From assembly GCF_009914755.1 (NCBI RefSeq), contig NC_060944.1: 64,000 nt of DNA; one strand, 5' to 3'. Positions 13,089 to 27,191 of this stretch are shown here, piece by piece. Source of the DNA: the human T2T-CHM13v2.0 reference genome, Homo sapiens. The notes under the pieces were generated by a model, which saw nothing but the letters and a program-made list of their open reading frames with translations, was not told where the DNA came from and ran no database searches. The position numbers were made by a program, and so were the translations under genes. Each line of letters starts with the position of its first letter. Position 1 is the stretch's first letter.

Positions 13089-14036
13089 TAGAAAGTCTCA
13101 TTTGACCAGCATCTGTGGATGCTGTCACTATGCAGCCATCCAATGGCTTGCTTTGGAGTGGCTGCCATTTACCAAACACTCCCTCCGTGGCCAACCCAGA
13201 GAGGGGCCCACACACGCCCTCCCTTAGTCCTCAAAATGATGTTCAAGGTAAATTTTGTCACCTCTACTTTTTTACATGAGAGACCCAGGGAAAGTTACTT
13301 GTTACCCAGCCAGTAAGGGAAGGTCTGGGCTCCATTCAGAGCTGTCCAACTCGGGGGCCCAAGCCTTGAACCACTCGCTCCTGATCCTCAGGGTAGAAGC
13401 CATTACAAAGGGAACTGCTCGCCTGAACATGAAGTCCTCCTCTGCTAGAGACACACATTGTCACACAGATACTTCCAGTCCCACAGCTTTCTCCCAGATG
13501 AGGTCCCTGTTCAACAAGATGGTTCCAATGAGCTTGACTCTCCTCTGCCATTGTTTATATTTCTGGTGGAATATTTTGGCCCTATAACCAGGTGCACATG
13601 GAATTTTAGTAACAATCAAAATGTCCAAGGGTTCATGAGACTCAGCATGTGCTTGGCTAAGATGGGCTGTATGGAAAGTATATGTTCGCCAACAGGATTT
13701 ACATTTTACTTATTTATTTTTCCTGAAATCTCATCAAAATAAAAATCAACCAGGTTGCCCCGAGGCCCTCACTGATGTGTGGGAGGTACACTGAATGTAA
13801 TTCACAGCTGGGGGACAAAGAGCAGCACAATGGCACTTTGTGGCAGAGCGGGGCTAGGTGGGGTGCATGGACCATTCTCAGGAAGGCAGGGGGCCTTTCT
13901 CTCCTCCAACCCAGATGGCCTCTGGAGAGAAGAGCAAGTGTCCAAGAGACAGCGGATTGGAGCAGACCGACTGTCAAGTGGAGTCAGGCAAATCTTGTGG
14001 GATCCACGTTTCATGCCTCCCTTAAATTTTGACCTA

Positions 14037-14202
14037 GGCTGGGTGCAGCGGCTCACACTTGTAGTCCTAGCTACTCGAGAGGCTGAGGCAGGAGGTCACT
14101 TGAGCCCAGGAGGTCAAGGCTGCAGAGAGCTGTGATCGCACCACTGCACACCAGCCTGGGCAACAGAGCAAGATCCCATTTCTAAAAAATAAAAATAAAA
14201 AA
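14037..14202 (+). mobile_element. Alu monomer (FRAM/FAM type)
   Basis: Single right-arm-like monomer with A tail; TSD AAATTTT(G)ACCT. Confidence 0.85.
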
Positions 14203-15889
14203 TTTTACCTTTAATTTCCACAGCTTATGCCAAGTATTTCACTTTCATATGTATCTGTCCCCAGATACCGTCAGACTCACCGTGCACCCAAGACAAACCA
14301 TGAGTGGGACCACGTTTTTTCTTAAATCCCCCCTGACATGTCAGCTGGTCACATGGTCTTCAGCTGAGAATGCCCTTCCTTTAGACTTGTCATATGGCAC
14401 GGAGATTCTGCACCTTGATTCTCTCCCACCAAAGTGCTTTTGATGAGGGAGCTCAGAGTGTATTCTTGGATGAGAAGGTCTGCTTCCAATTGGGAGTGGA
14501 GAGCTTTGCCTCCTATCCGGTGCCTTCTCCTTCCTGGGTATGTAGAAAATGTCACATGATTCCAGTGCAAGGAACTGGAAGCTGATTTCCTCGGCTGCCC
14601 TCACTGACAAAAACCTAAGTGTCCGTTCAACACATTTCTGGGAGGTGTTTTCATTTTTTTGCTTTTTTCTTCTTCCATTTTTATTGTTGAGTTTCATCTG
14701 GTGCAAAGATTTCCACTAGAGAAGTGATTTGGAGTATTGCGGCATTTCCTTTCTTAATTAATCCCAACTGGGGCTTTGTCTACAGAAAGCATCTGAGGTT
14801 GATGGCTTCATCACTGTGCAGCGGGCTCTTCCTGCTGCATTTGTAAACACCAGCCGGGCCACAGTGCTCCGGCCCCGGTTCTGGTTTGAATTAAAGCCCC
14901 GGCTCAGGGAGCAACCCAGCTATGCTTTCCTGTAAGCTCTGTCAGTTTTCCAAAGCTTGTTAACACGCTCATATAAAAGGAAATAGGACGAACTTCAAGG
15001 AATTTACAACTGGTCTTAAACTTCAAAGACGAAAGCTACATCTATGCAACATGTGCACACAAAACCAGTATGTCCCTCCATCCCCTCTCTCCCCAGATAC
15101 AACCTAACCAGCACAAAACAAAACAGAATCCAAACTCATAAAAGTTTGCTTAGCAAATCAGGGATGGCTCTGTGGGTTTGAAACCTTGTGTCACAGCCCC
15201 AGTTACAACACGAGGCTTTTGTGCATTGTGAAACACCAGGCAAAATTAGTAAGTCTGATGGAAGACATGATAAATAGTTCTCCAGCCCTTGAGAGAGTGA
15301 TACTCACCAGCCCAGCCTAAAAGATCGGCTCCCTTGTTCTTCCCCAAAGCAAAGCTGGCCAGGTGGGTTCGTCTGGAAGGGAGGGCCCGACCATCCTCAT
15401 CCTCCTCACCTGCCGCCTGCCCCCGCCCGCCCGGCCTGGGACAAGGCTGAGCATATCCACTGCCTGGTGCTGACACAGGGGCTTGTGATGAGCCCAGGAG
15501 GGAGAGGTCGGGGCACGTTCCTCAGCAGAGGGTGATTCATTTCAGAGCCGTCTCTTGGAGATGTCGACAACAAATAGAAAGGCACAACTTTTAAAATTCC
15601 CTTTGAATGTTCTCCTTTCTCCAGTGAGTATCAGCAGATCCTATTTATCTCAGCCTGCCTGGGTGTGGATGCCTAAGCCCAGTTCAAAGATTCTCGTTAG
15701 CTTCCTTTGAGCGTTTCCAAATTGAAACCCAAATAATTCAACTGAAGGCCCCATTCATGATGCGGCGGGGGTTTGCTCAGCGCCTCATGAATTGTTGCAT
15801 GCACACAGCAAACGCAAGGCCACCGGCGTGGGGCTGCTTTGCCCGTTGCCTTTCTGTCTTCCATGCTAGAGCTATACATGGTGATCGTA

Positions 15890-16055
15890 GCACTTACGGG
15901 CAACAGTGACAACTGGAGCAGGAGAATTCTCTGCTGCGGGGGCCGCCCTGTGCAGAGCAGGATGTGTAGCAACGTCCTCAATGCCAGGGGCACCCTCCCC
16001 TCCCCAACTTGGGACAATAGAAAACGTTTCCAGATATTGCTGAATATCCCCCGCG
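15890..16055 (+). mobile_element. MER20 (diverged, partial)
   Basis: GGGGGCCGCCCTGTGCA...GGATGTGTAGCA...CCAGATATTGCTGAATATCCCC. Confidence 0.7.
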
Positions 16056-16057
16056 AG

Positions 16058-16246
16058 TAGAGTTGAATGACGAAATACAGATGCTCAGTTACATTTGAAT
16101 TTCAGATAAACAACAAATACTTTTCTTCTGTCTTGTATCTTACATACTTTGGAGCACACTTATAGTAAGACAGGATTTGGTGTTTATGTGAAATTCAAAT
16201 TCAACTGGTCACCCTGTATTGTTATTTGCTAAATGTGGCAATTCTA
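16058..16246 (+). mobile_element. MER53 (palindromic hAT MITE)
   Basis: CAGTTACATTTGAATTTCAGATAAACA ... TGTTTATGTGAAATTCAAATTCAACTG (internal inverted repeat), TTTGCTAAATGTGGCAA. Confidence 0.88.
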
Positions 16247-16539
16247 CTGCAAAAGACATAGGAGAGCCACTGACTTAGGAGAAACAACAAGTCTAGTTTC
16301 TGGTCCACCCCATTCTTGGCCGTTTAAATTCCTCAAGCTTTCTTTCTTCAGTGTAAAATGGGATCATGATGTCTGTCCCCTTTCATCAATAAAAGGATCC
16401 AATGAGAGTGAGCTGCCACTGTGCAGGTGAATGCCCGAGTCCGTCAGTCCCTGCCCTGTCCAAGCCCGAGCCTCTCGGGGGGTCGCTCGCTCCTTCCCAT
16501 TTGGACTCCAGTGTGGGAGGTGGGTGGGGGCCGCACCCT

Positions 16540-16862
16540 TGGCTCTTGACCAATCAGAGAATCATATTTCTCTAGAGACAGGGATTGGCTGAGGGAGGCC
16601 ATGTGACCTGAGCAGAGCCAATGAGAGACAATGTGGCTTTTGCTGGGACTTTAAGAGAGAGGCTCCTGTCCTGATCCCCGCAACTGAGCCTGGAAGCTGT
16701 AAGATCAGAGCGGCTGCCACCCAGCCAAGCACAGCTGAGACAGGGTTGATTTTTGATGGAGCTGTACCCAAAGCCATCTCCTCCTCTGGACTTTTCTGTG
16801 CCTAAACCAATGCATTCTCTCTTTACCCAAATCGGTTGGAGTTGGGGGTCTATGCCACACAA
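16540..16862 (+). mobile_element. Old MaLR LTR fragment (MLT1K/L-like)
   Basis: GACCAATCAGAGAATC...GATTGGCTGAGGGAGGCCATGTGACC...GAGCCAATGAGA. Confidence 0.55.
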
Positions 16863-17224
16863 GGCACAAGCAGCCCAGCTGATTCACGTGTGAGATGGTT
16901 TCCCCACGCCTTGCCCACTCTAAGTGTTCAGTAAACGTTGAGTAGGATTGTAACATTCTGCTGCTGTTATTTCTTCAATGGAACTACAATGTCTTCAGGT
17001 TCAGAGGCCACATCTTCCCTCACATTGGTTTCCTCGTGGGTAAACCAGACGCCTGGGGAGCTGGAATCAGAACGACTAAATAAAGGGGTGGATGGGCGGC
17101 TATACAGAAGGAAAGACGCATGGGCAAATTGACAAAGGGCATTATGGGATGCAAAAAAAAACAAGCAAGACCCTCCTCCTTGAGAAGCTCTTCATGAACG
17201 ATCACTGCAGTGATTCCCCCTTTT

Positions 17225-17742
17225 CTGCATCCAGCCACCTTTGCACGGTGACTAATTCCAAGCTGGGTACCCCCAAACCCAGCTCCCACCTCAGGGCGTT
17301 TACCCTTTCTGGAACACCCTCTCCAAGTTCTGCTTGTGGCTCGTTCCTTGCTATTCAGATCCACATTCCCATGCCACCTCTTCCAGGAGGCCCTCCCTCA
17401 TCGTCCCAGCAGCTGCCCTTCCTATCATGCTCCCATGCTTTATTTCACTTGGGGCTACTATCACCATCCACAGTGACCTGCCCACTTGCTAACCCTGCCA
17501 CCGTGTGAGCGCCATAGAGACAGGATCTTAATCCTCACTCACTGCCATGTCCTCAGCCCCTAGATTGAGCACATAGTAGATGCTCAATAAATATTTGTCG
17601 AATGAATGAGTTATTTACACATCTGGCTTCCGTCCCTGGAGGGCAGGCACCTTGTCTTACCTGTTTTGAACCCCCAGGTTTCTACTCAATGCAAATAAGG
17701 CATCAAATAAGACCTTAGTACATGAGTGTTGAATGAATGAAT
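17225..17742 (+). mobile_element. L2 3' ends (two in tandem)
   Basis: GCACATAGTAGATGCTCAATAAATATTTGTCGAATGAATGA; second tail TGTTGAATGAATGAAT. Confidence 0.8.
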
Positions 17743-18852
17743 AATATTTAAGATGATGTTAGTTTCTGAAGAACCCAAAGCAACAGAAAGCTCAGTGTGG
17801 GGCTGCATCTCTCAGCCTCCCCAGGGCATCTGCCACTGCTGAAGTGACCTCCTGTCTCAGCAGCATCGGCGGCAGGATTACAGGGCAGGGTCGGAGCCTC
17901 AGGTCTGCTGTTGACATTGTGATTAAGGCGGGGAACACACCAGGGCCTCCCTCATAGGGCGGAATGAGCGTTAACTGGAGCAAAGCAGGTAACACGCTTA
18001 GAACTGTCCTATCATGCCTGCCACAGAGAGGCGTGATAGGTTTCCATTTCTCCACACATCCCTGCATCCATCCTCCTTTCGCTCCAGAGGAGGAAGCTTC
18101 CTCCACGAAGGAAGGTACCCGTCCAAGGTCACACAGCCAGTGAGAATTTTCTCAGCACATCCAAGAGGTGACCCGCCCCCCGCCCCTTGCCTGACACCTC
18201 CCTCCCCACCCCCACACCTTCCGGTTTCCACCCCGGGCTCATTTGTCTGCAGTTAAATCCTCAGGGACTTTTTTCTTTCCCCCAGGGTGGGCACATTTTA
18301 TTTTAAACAGAAAAAAATGACAAAGTCGCTCATAAATCGAGCTGTTTTTCACACTGTCCTGTCTCTGACAGGCTGTTAGAAAAGTTGGGAGGAGAGGTGC
18401 TACTGTTATACTTTTGTTATTCGGTGCTAATTAGAAGAGAGCTGAGCGCTGGGATGGAGAACAGTTTCCAAAGAGGCACTTATTGTTCCCATTCGAATGA
18501 AAACGCCTTCAGATTAAAAAACCTCTCTCATTCCTGGGTGCTGCATTTCCAGCAAAATACTTTGTTTTGTTCTTAAAATTACCTGGTCGATAGAATACCA
18601 TAGACATATTAAAATGTGTTAGAAAATAATCTTCTAAACATTCCTGTTAGAGTACTTAAAGGTATCTGACTGCTTCTTCTATAGCAATTGTAATGAAGAT
18701 GCAGAGGGAACGTGTGTTTGATCTACGGAAAGACACATCTGTGTCCACAGACTGAGCAGAAGAGGTAGAGGGGAGTCTCCTCCTTTGTGTGGGGAGACAG
18801 GGTGCTAGGAGGAAAGAGCTTTAGCTGAGAAGCCTGAAAAGGGAAAGGGGGG

Positions 18853-19253
<401 letters not shown>

Positions 19254-19293
19254 TTACTGAATCCTCACATCTGCCCATGGGGTGCACGCTTAT

Positions 19294-19847
19294 TGTCAGA
19301 GGCGTTTCAACCACAGCAACCCCATCTTGAATAGGAGCAGGTAAAAAGAGGCTGAGACCTACTGGGCTGCATTCCCAGATGGTTAAGGATTCTAAGTCAC
19401 AGGATGAGATAGGAGGTCAGCACAAAATACAGGTCAAAAAGATCTTGCTGATAAAACAGTCCGCAGTAAAGAAGTCAGCCAAACCCCACCAAAACAGGAT
19501 GACGATGAGAGACACTTCAGGTCGTCCTCACTGCTACACTCCCACCAGCACCATGACAGTTTACAAATGCCATGGCAGCATCAGGATGCTACCCTATATG
19601 GTCTAAAATGGAAAGGCATGAATAATTCCCCCCACCTTGTTTAACATATCATCAAGAAATAACCATTAAAAATGGGCAACCAGCAGCCCTTGGGATGCTC
19701 TGTCTATGGAGTAGCCATTCTTTTGTTCCTTTACTTTCCTAATAAACTTGCTTTCACTTTACTCTATAAACTCATCCTGAACTCTTTCTTGCACAAGATC
19801 CAAGAACCCTCTCTTGGGGTCTGGATTGGGACCCATCTCCTGTAACA
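19294..19847 (+). mobile_element. MER41A solo LTR (ERV1)
   Basis: TGTCAGAGGCGTTT...AATAAACTTGCTTTCACTTT...CCTGTAACA; 554 bp, TG...CA ends, 4-bp TSD TTAT. Confidence 0.93.
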
Positions 19848-20133
19848 TTATGATTGTTCTGATTTCTATAAAGGAGAAAAGTAAGGCTTACAGAGGTTAA
19901 GTAATGTGCCTAAAGTCATACAGCAGGCAAATGGTGGTACCAGGATTTGATACCTTCCAGGCTCCGGTGTAGGACAGTGGAGGGTTGGATCCCAGCCAGT
20001 GCTCATGTTTTTGGCTTCGAACCTGGGCCCCCTTCCATGGTAGCATTATTATTGCCCAATTGTACAGGCGAGGACAGGGAGACTCAGAGCATCCCATCCC
20101 AGTTGGAGGCCATGCAGCAAGAAGGAGTGGAGC

Positions 20134-20968
<835 letters not shown>

Positions 20969-21074
20969 GAACCTTCATACAGAATGGGCCCCCAGCTCCA
21001 GGAAGGAGGAGGCACAAAAATGCAGTGGAGAATAGGAGCCCCAGGGGGCTGGGCATCTCCAGTAAGTGAGGCTC

Positions 21075-21270
21075 CACATCCCAGCTGGACAACCTCAGGC
21101 AATGACTTAACCTCTCTGTGCCTCAGTTCATCACTACAAAATGAGGATAATAATAGTTCCTTCCTCACTGTGGGGTTATGAGGCTCCAGTGAGGTCACCT
21201 ATGTCAAGCACTTCACAGTGGGCTGGTTCCCCAGTATTGCACACCCCGGGGAACTCCTGCTGTTACTATT
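21075..21270 (+). mobile_element. MIR
   Basis: TGACTTAACCTCTCTGTGCCTCAGTT...AAAATGAGGATAATAATAGT. Confidence 0.8.
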
Positions 21271-22313
21271 TGCCTGATTCTAAAGCCACACCATCCTGTG
21301 CACCAGGATGCTGCCAGGAGCTCTCTGTTATCTAGACGGGTCCTCTTGAGTGGGCAGGCCACTTGCTCCAGGTGTTGGTTTCTCCCAGTGCGGAGCCAGT
21401 GCCTGGGAACAGATGACCTCAAAGGCCCTGGGTGGATCTCTCTGTGCTGCCACTGAATCTTTGATTCTAGATTTCATTCATTTGTTCAACAGTGCCAGAA
21501 ACAGTGCAAGGCTCTGGAACAAACAACAGTGACCTTCGTTAAGTTGAGTCTTATGTGTGCAAGAATAGAGATTCACGAAGCAGATAGGAGTGATCAGCCC
21601 TCTGAAGCCACGTGCCTTCTGCCTGCCTCTCTCAGGAGGGAAGTGGTGTTTGTCAAAACATTTATTTTGCAAAGTGCTTTCACTTCTTCCCTCTAGGGCA
21701 GTCCTCATCATGCTCTTCTAAGCTACAAGGCAGGCTGGGCAACCCTCCTTTATCCCCATTTGACAGATAAGAAAACAAGTCCGTAGAAGTTGAAATGATT
21801 TGCCCAAGGCGAGGGAGCTAATAATCAGGTGCTTGCTCCCACAACATCTTCCCCGACCTTATCATGCCCTGTGAAGTGATCATTTTGGTCATGTGGTCAT
21901 TGGCCAGGTCCTAGGAAGACGGGTTTCTATGCATGTAATGAGAAAAATGTGTTGGTAGCTCTTCAACTACAATTTATTTCAGTCTCCTTAAATTCTAGCC
22001 AGGCAAAAGGCTGTGATCCCCAACCCTGCTGCAAACCACTCAGTGAGTCAACCAATAAAGGCTGCATGAACTTTTTGTTTGTGCCTGGAAGGGCGATAAA
22101 ACCCACTCACAACCTGTAGGCACTTATTCACACCTTCAGGGAGTGGCAGAACTATCAAAGTCAGTAACTTATTGAGCATCTACTGTTTTCCAGGAATTTA
22201 CTGTTTGCCAGATTAGAGGGTCACGTCACTTACTTTTCACCAGATTAGAAATTCACTTACTTAATTTACATTTCTAGATCACGGAGAGGAAGCTTTGTGA
22301 GATCGCACACTCC

Positions 22314-22445
22314 TAGAGTTGCCAGATAAAATATAGGACAAATACAATTTATAAAATCATTATACTGCAAAATTATTTGTGTTCATCTGAAACTCACATT
22401 TAACTGGGCGTCTTGAGTTTTTGTTTGCTAAATCTGGTAACCCTA
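22314..22445 (+). mobile_element. MER53, internally deleted
   Basis: TAGAGTTGCCAGATAAAATATAGGAC ... TTTGCTAAATCTGGTAACCCTA (terminal inverted repeats). Confidence 0.85.
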
Positions 22446-23374
22446 CTGAGATCACACAGGGCACTTGGATGAGACTGAGATGATGGGACTCCTCAGTCTC
22501 CACTCTCCACCACTGCGAGGTCAGCCTCCCAGCTGCTTCGAGAAACTGATGGAAAAGGAGGGTCAAAGCCAAAGGCTCAGGTGGCCGTCCATCCCTGCTG
22601 GCTCAGGGCTCAGAGCTTTTCTGGGCTGTGGCTGGCCGTTCAGTTCTAAAGCCAGAAAAGTCCTGGGCAAACGTGGATGAGTTGGTCACCCTAGCAGGGG
22701 CTCCAGCTGGGCCTGTTGCGGGGGTGGGTAGCACTGAGCCAGGAGGTCGTAGAGAGCGTGATAATGATGGAACTGATCCTAAATCCTGCATGAGACAAAC
22801 TCCTTCCCCTCCATAATCAGTCAAGAGCCATATTTCCCCACCTCTACCATCCACTTAGAATTTCAGGAATTTCTCGGTATCCTCATACAACCTAGTCTAA
22901 TAATTGACTCACCTTTCTCAGATAAATGCATTTCTTTGAAAAGAACTACTCTATCACTACCATAGATGTAAAACCAGCATCAGTTCCCACAAATATAAGA
23001 TAGCCATAAAAATAAATTTGAAAAATTGTTAAAACAAAAACAAGTTGTTAATCAGGGTACACCTAGAAATTAACTCATGTGCCCATTGGTGTGAATACCA
23101 CCCTCTGTGCCAGATGAAGGTGTGCCTTGATCTAAGGAGACAGAGGACAATGAGGCTGCTCTTGAGAACACCAAGTGCTTCCGAATGGAAGTAGTTGCAG
23201 GGCTGTGAAAAAGGAAACATCATAGAGAAAGCCAGGAAGCCTTCCTGAAGGAGGCAGGGCTTAGGTGATCTTGGAGTCAGGGCAGAGTGTGGACAGGCAG
23301 AGAGAGGCAAGGCAAGCCTTCCTTGTCAGATTTTTTTCTGCGGGCTGGTCTTTTTCCACGGGCTCCTTTTGGGA

Positions 23375-23850
23375 AGGTCCTCGTTTTGTGAAGTTCCAAT
23401 GTGCGCAGATGTCGGTCACAACGTTTTGGTCAAATAACTCCAGTTCTCCAACAACACGGTTCAATTTTAAGTTACCACAGTATGTTAACTGTGCATAATT
23501 GCATAAATTACAAACTTCCCTGCTAGCTTGACAGCCCACAAATTACTATGTAATAACAGGTGCACATCGCGATCCATGACCAATCATGTCACCACTTCAA
23601 AGTCTGTCAAAGACTGGTCACTGCCCATCTGTATTCAGTTCATACACAGACAGCAAAGCTTGAAGTTGCATTGCCTCCTTGTTTCCCCGTGATAAGCCCA
23701 CATGCATTTTATAAAAGTGAGGAATCCAAAGAGAGAATCAGGGACAAAGATGAAAGTGCAGCTAAGAAATGAAAAGCAGTAATGCTAAAAATGACATTTG
23801 GATTGAACATAAATGGAGTTACTGAAGAAATAGCTGATGATGGAAATGGT
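23375..23850 (+). mobile_element. MER82 (TcMar-Tigger) 5' part
   Basis: CCAACAACACGGTTCAA...GTTACCACAGTATGTTAACTGTG...CAAAGATGAAAGTGCAGC. Confidence 0.8.
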
Positions 23851-24000
23851 GGCTCAGATCTAAGGGTGATGCAAAGTCTTAGGGCCTTTGAATCCTGAAT
23901 CAGAGACTGAAAAATCTAGATATGCCAAATTCACAGCATATGTTCTATTACTGCCGTGTAGGCACTTGTGGTAGACATCACTAATCAATTCTAGCACTCC

Positions 24001-24245
24001 ACAGGGTGCAGAGGTTACAAAGGTTCTGCTCCAAAACCTGACTGCCTGGCTTTGAATCTAGGATCTTTCGCTTTCAAGCTATGTGTCCTAAGGCAGGTTA
24101 TTTAACCTGGCTGAGCTTCCATTCCCTTATCTACAAAACAGACATACAAAATGCTATCTCACAGAGTTGTTGTGAGAGTAAAATGGAATATGTGTAAAGC
24201 ACTTGATATTGTCTGGTATCTAGTACAACTCCATATGTGGTAGCT
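24001..24245 (+). mobile_element. Near full-length MIR
   Basis: GACTGCCTGGCTTTGAATC...GGCAGGTTATTTAACC...ACAGAGTTGTTGTGAG...TGTAAAGCACTT. Confidence 0.8.
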
Positions 24246-25609
24246 AGCAGCAATAGCAGCAGTGCTGCCAATCCAAGATTCAGCTACAGAAATCTTCTCA
24301 GCCCAGAGCAACAGACAGTCACTGTTGAATCCGAGCTGGAAGGGGAGGTGGAATCTGCTTGCCATTCCTGCTGTGATCCAACCATGCAGACTCTGCCAGC
24401 TGAAACAACAAGCCCATGGTCTCCCAGAGAGCTAGAAGCCTTGGGCTGTGTTCTGGATCACCCCTGTATCAACTGTGCCTCCCCAGCCCATCTTACCTCC
24501 TTTCCAACCACGCTGAAAGGCTCTCAGCATGGGCTTAGGATGCTGAGGCCAGGAGGATCCCCAAGGGGATCTTTTGGTTTGAGGGCATTTTCATAAGTCT
24601 TGAATCTTCCCATTCAGGCAAGATCTCTGGTAGTAATGTTTAGCTTTTGATGTTAAGGGCTAATGGCACCAAAGTGCTTGTCTTCATTGGCCTCTGAGTT
24701 TGAGGTGGGCTGTGGGCAGTAGTGAGAGAAGTGAGAACCGGAAGCCTTTGTTCCACCCCGGGATGTCCCAGAGATGGACAGCTTCTGTCTTCTTTTGCAG
24801 AGGGTCGAGCATGGTCAGGGCTGGCAATGCCACCTGAACCAAGAACCCTGCCTTGCTGAGCAGGGCTCTTGCTCAGTGTTGCTTCCCAGGGATGAGTCTT
24901 TCCTTGTTGCTATCGGTAGTGAATTTCAGAGCTGGTGCCTGCAATTGTCACCCGGTTGAGCAGACCTGGGAGGCAGACCATGGGCAAAAGACATCCAGAG
25001 ACAATCATATAAGGGGAGCAAATTGCCAGGAAGTGTGGAGAAGCTGGGTCTTTCCAAGCTGGGTACACATCTCACTTGTCAAACAGCCTCGGAGACCCCA
25101 TGCCTTAGCCAGGCTCTCAGGTAAGCCCAAGTGTGAATACAGGTCTGGTGCATCTGTTGGGCAGCAACTTCTTTGCTTCACACCCAAGAACAAAGCCACC
25201 CAGAAGCATGGCAAATTCACTCCAGCTTCCAAGGCAGATGAAATAAGAAATCAGGAACTGGGCTGGGAAAAAGAGAGCTCCCAATAGAAATAGCAACAGA
25301 GACAATCATGACAAAGTTTGCTTCTTTGGGAGCTTTCTCAGCATATTTGCTGTTTATTGAGTGTTTAATATGTGCTGCACACTCCCTAATTATGTGTATT
25401 TTACTTTTTTAACCCGCGAGGTAGCACCATGAAATATATCATGGTGTCACTGTCTTAAAAATGAGAAAACTTATGCTCAGGTTTTTGACATGCCTAGATC
25501 ACGCAGTCCTGGTAAAAACGAGACTCAAACCCAAGTCATGGTGCCTCAAAGTCTTTTCCATTCCCCCTGTGTGATCTCCTGGATGCTGGTCCTGTGTCCA
25601 GCGCCTCTT

Positions 25610-26070
25610 ATAACCATATTTAAAGGATGCGTATAGGTCTTTAGTAGATAGAAGAGAGGAGAAGGTGTTTCAGGTGGAAGGGAAAGATTGAGAAAAGTCC
25701 AAGGAAGTAGAAATTGGCACAGTGTTTAGTCACTATCCAGGAATAGTCTGCTTTGATCAAATGGTAGAACTAAGGATATGCCAGAAATAATTGCCAATAG
25801 ACAGGTTGTGTTTGAGGGTCACTGGTCTTGAAGGGTCTTGAAAGTTCAACAGGGGTGTTGCAGTTGGATGCAGTAGGTAACAGCAAGTCATAGTTGGTTC
25901 TTGAGCAGGAAAGTGGCATATAGAACAATAACCTTGGAAGACTGCTCTGACTGCCCCTTGCAGGATGGGAGACAGAAGGCAGGAAGGATTGCTTAGAACT
26001 GTGCCATTATCACAAACGATGACAAGAAGGAGATGGCTGAGGAAGTAAGGTGCATCTTTGGAAAACACTC
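25610..26070 (-). mobile_element. L2 fragment
   Basis: GTTCTTGAGCAGGAAAGTGGCAT...TTGGAAGACTGCTCTGACTGC; diverged. Confidence 0.55.
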
Positions 26071-26099
26071 AGAGAAACAGGTTAGGTCTTATGGCAGGT

Positions 26100-27095
26100 T
26101 TGCTGTGGTGGCCCTGTTGCCTCCTCCAAGGTGTGATGAAGGAAGTGCATCTGAACCATTTTTGCTATGAGTTGTGAGGGCCAGCCTGCAGAGGTCTACT
26201 CCTTCCCCTGAATGTGGTTGTCTAGAACTGAACCTGAAATGCCCATCTCATGACCACCCATGAAATGCCATCTCACGACCACCCAGAGGTCAGTGGCAAA
26301 TTCACTCCAGCTTTCGAGGAACACTGCCCAAGGCAAAGCCAAGACCCCGAGGCTGGCAGAGCAGAGAAACAGAAAGAACCAGGGTCTGATGTCATCCCTG
26401 AGATGTTCCTTCTACACCTGGAAACACCCTGTCTCTCAACTTCATGCCATGGAGATAATAACATTCCTTTATTTAAGTTAGGGGTTCCTGAAACTCGTGT
26501 CCAAAGGCCTCCTGACAGAGATACTGATTGTGGGAGTAAAAGAAAAAGCTTAGAAGCAGAGACAGTCCTTGCTGAGTGGGCATCAACTAGTCTGAATAAT
26601 CCCACATTCCAACCTACCTGGTCAAGGGGTGAACACCTGACTTCGAGACCGCCTGTTCATAAGTCTGGCCAAGCCAATAAAATTTCCTGTCATGGAAACT
26701 TGAACTAAGAGACTCAGAGAAGAGATTCCATGTAGGGTAGACCCTTGTGCTGAAAGATTAGGTTGTTGTAAGTCTAGGAAGTCAAGGCTGGATCAAGCTG
26801 AAGATGCATATGTTGAGGAAGTTAGTTGGGAAAAGAGAGAATGAAGCAGGTAGGCAGAGATAAGGAGAGTAGAAAGAGAAACAGAGAGAGAGAGAGATGA
26901 AGAAGGATTCCAGGAGGGACAGAGTCAGAGTTGAGAGAACATGTTACTCCTAAGACACATATAGAGTAGGTTGGCTCCTGGCCCCCAGTCCCAGTTCCAG
27001 AGGGTGCAGTGTATTTCTTGCCTTCAGAATCTGTGCATTCCCCAACAATGTCCCTTTAGCTTGAGCTGGATTGAGTGGTCTTCTGCTCCTTCTTC
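26100..27095. mobile_element. Old ERVL/MaLR LTR fragments (family unresolved)
   Basis: LTR-like termini AATGTCCCTTTAGCTTGAGCTGGATTGAGTGG and CATTCCTTTATTTAAG; highly diverged. Confidence 0.4.
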
Positions 27096-27191
27096 AAAAT
27101 CGGTGTGAGCAGAACACCTGGAACCAGCCCTTGTGTTGTTCATCACTGTGTCCCCAGCATCTAGGATGGTGCCTGGAACATAAGTATACAA

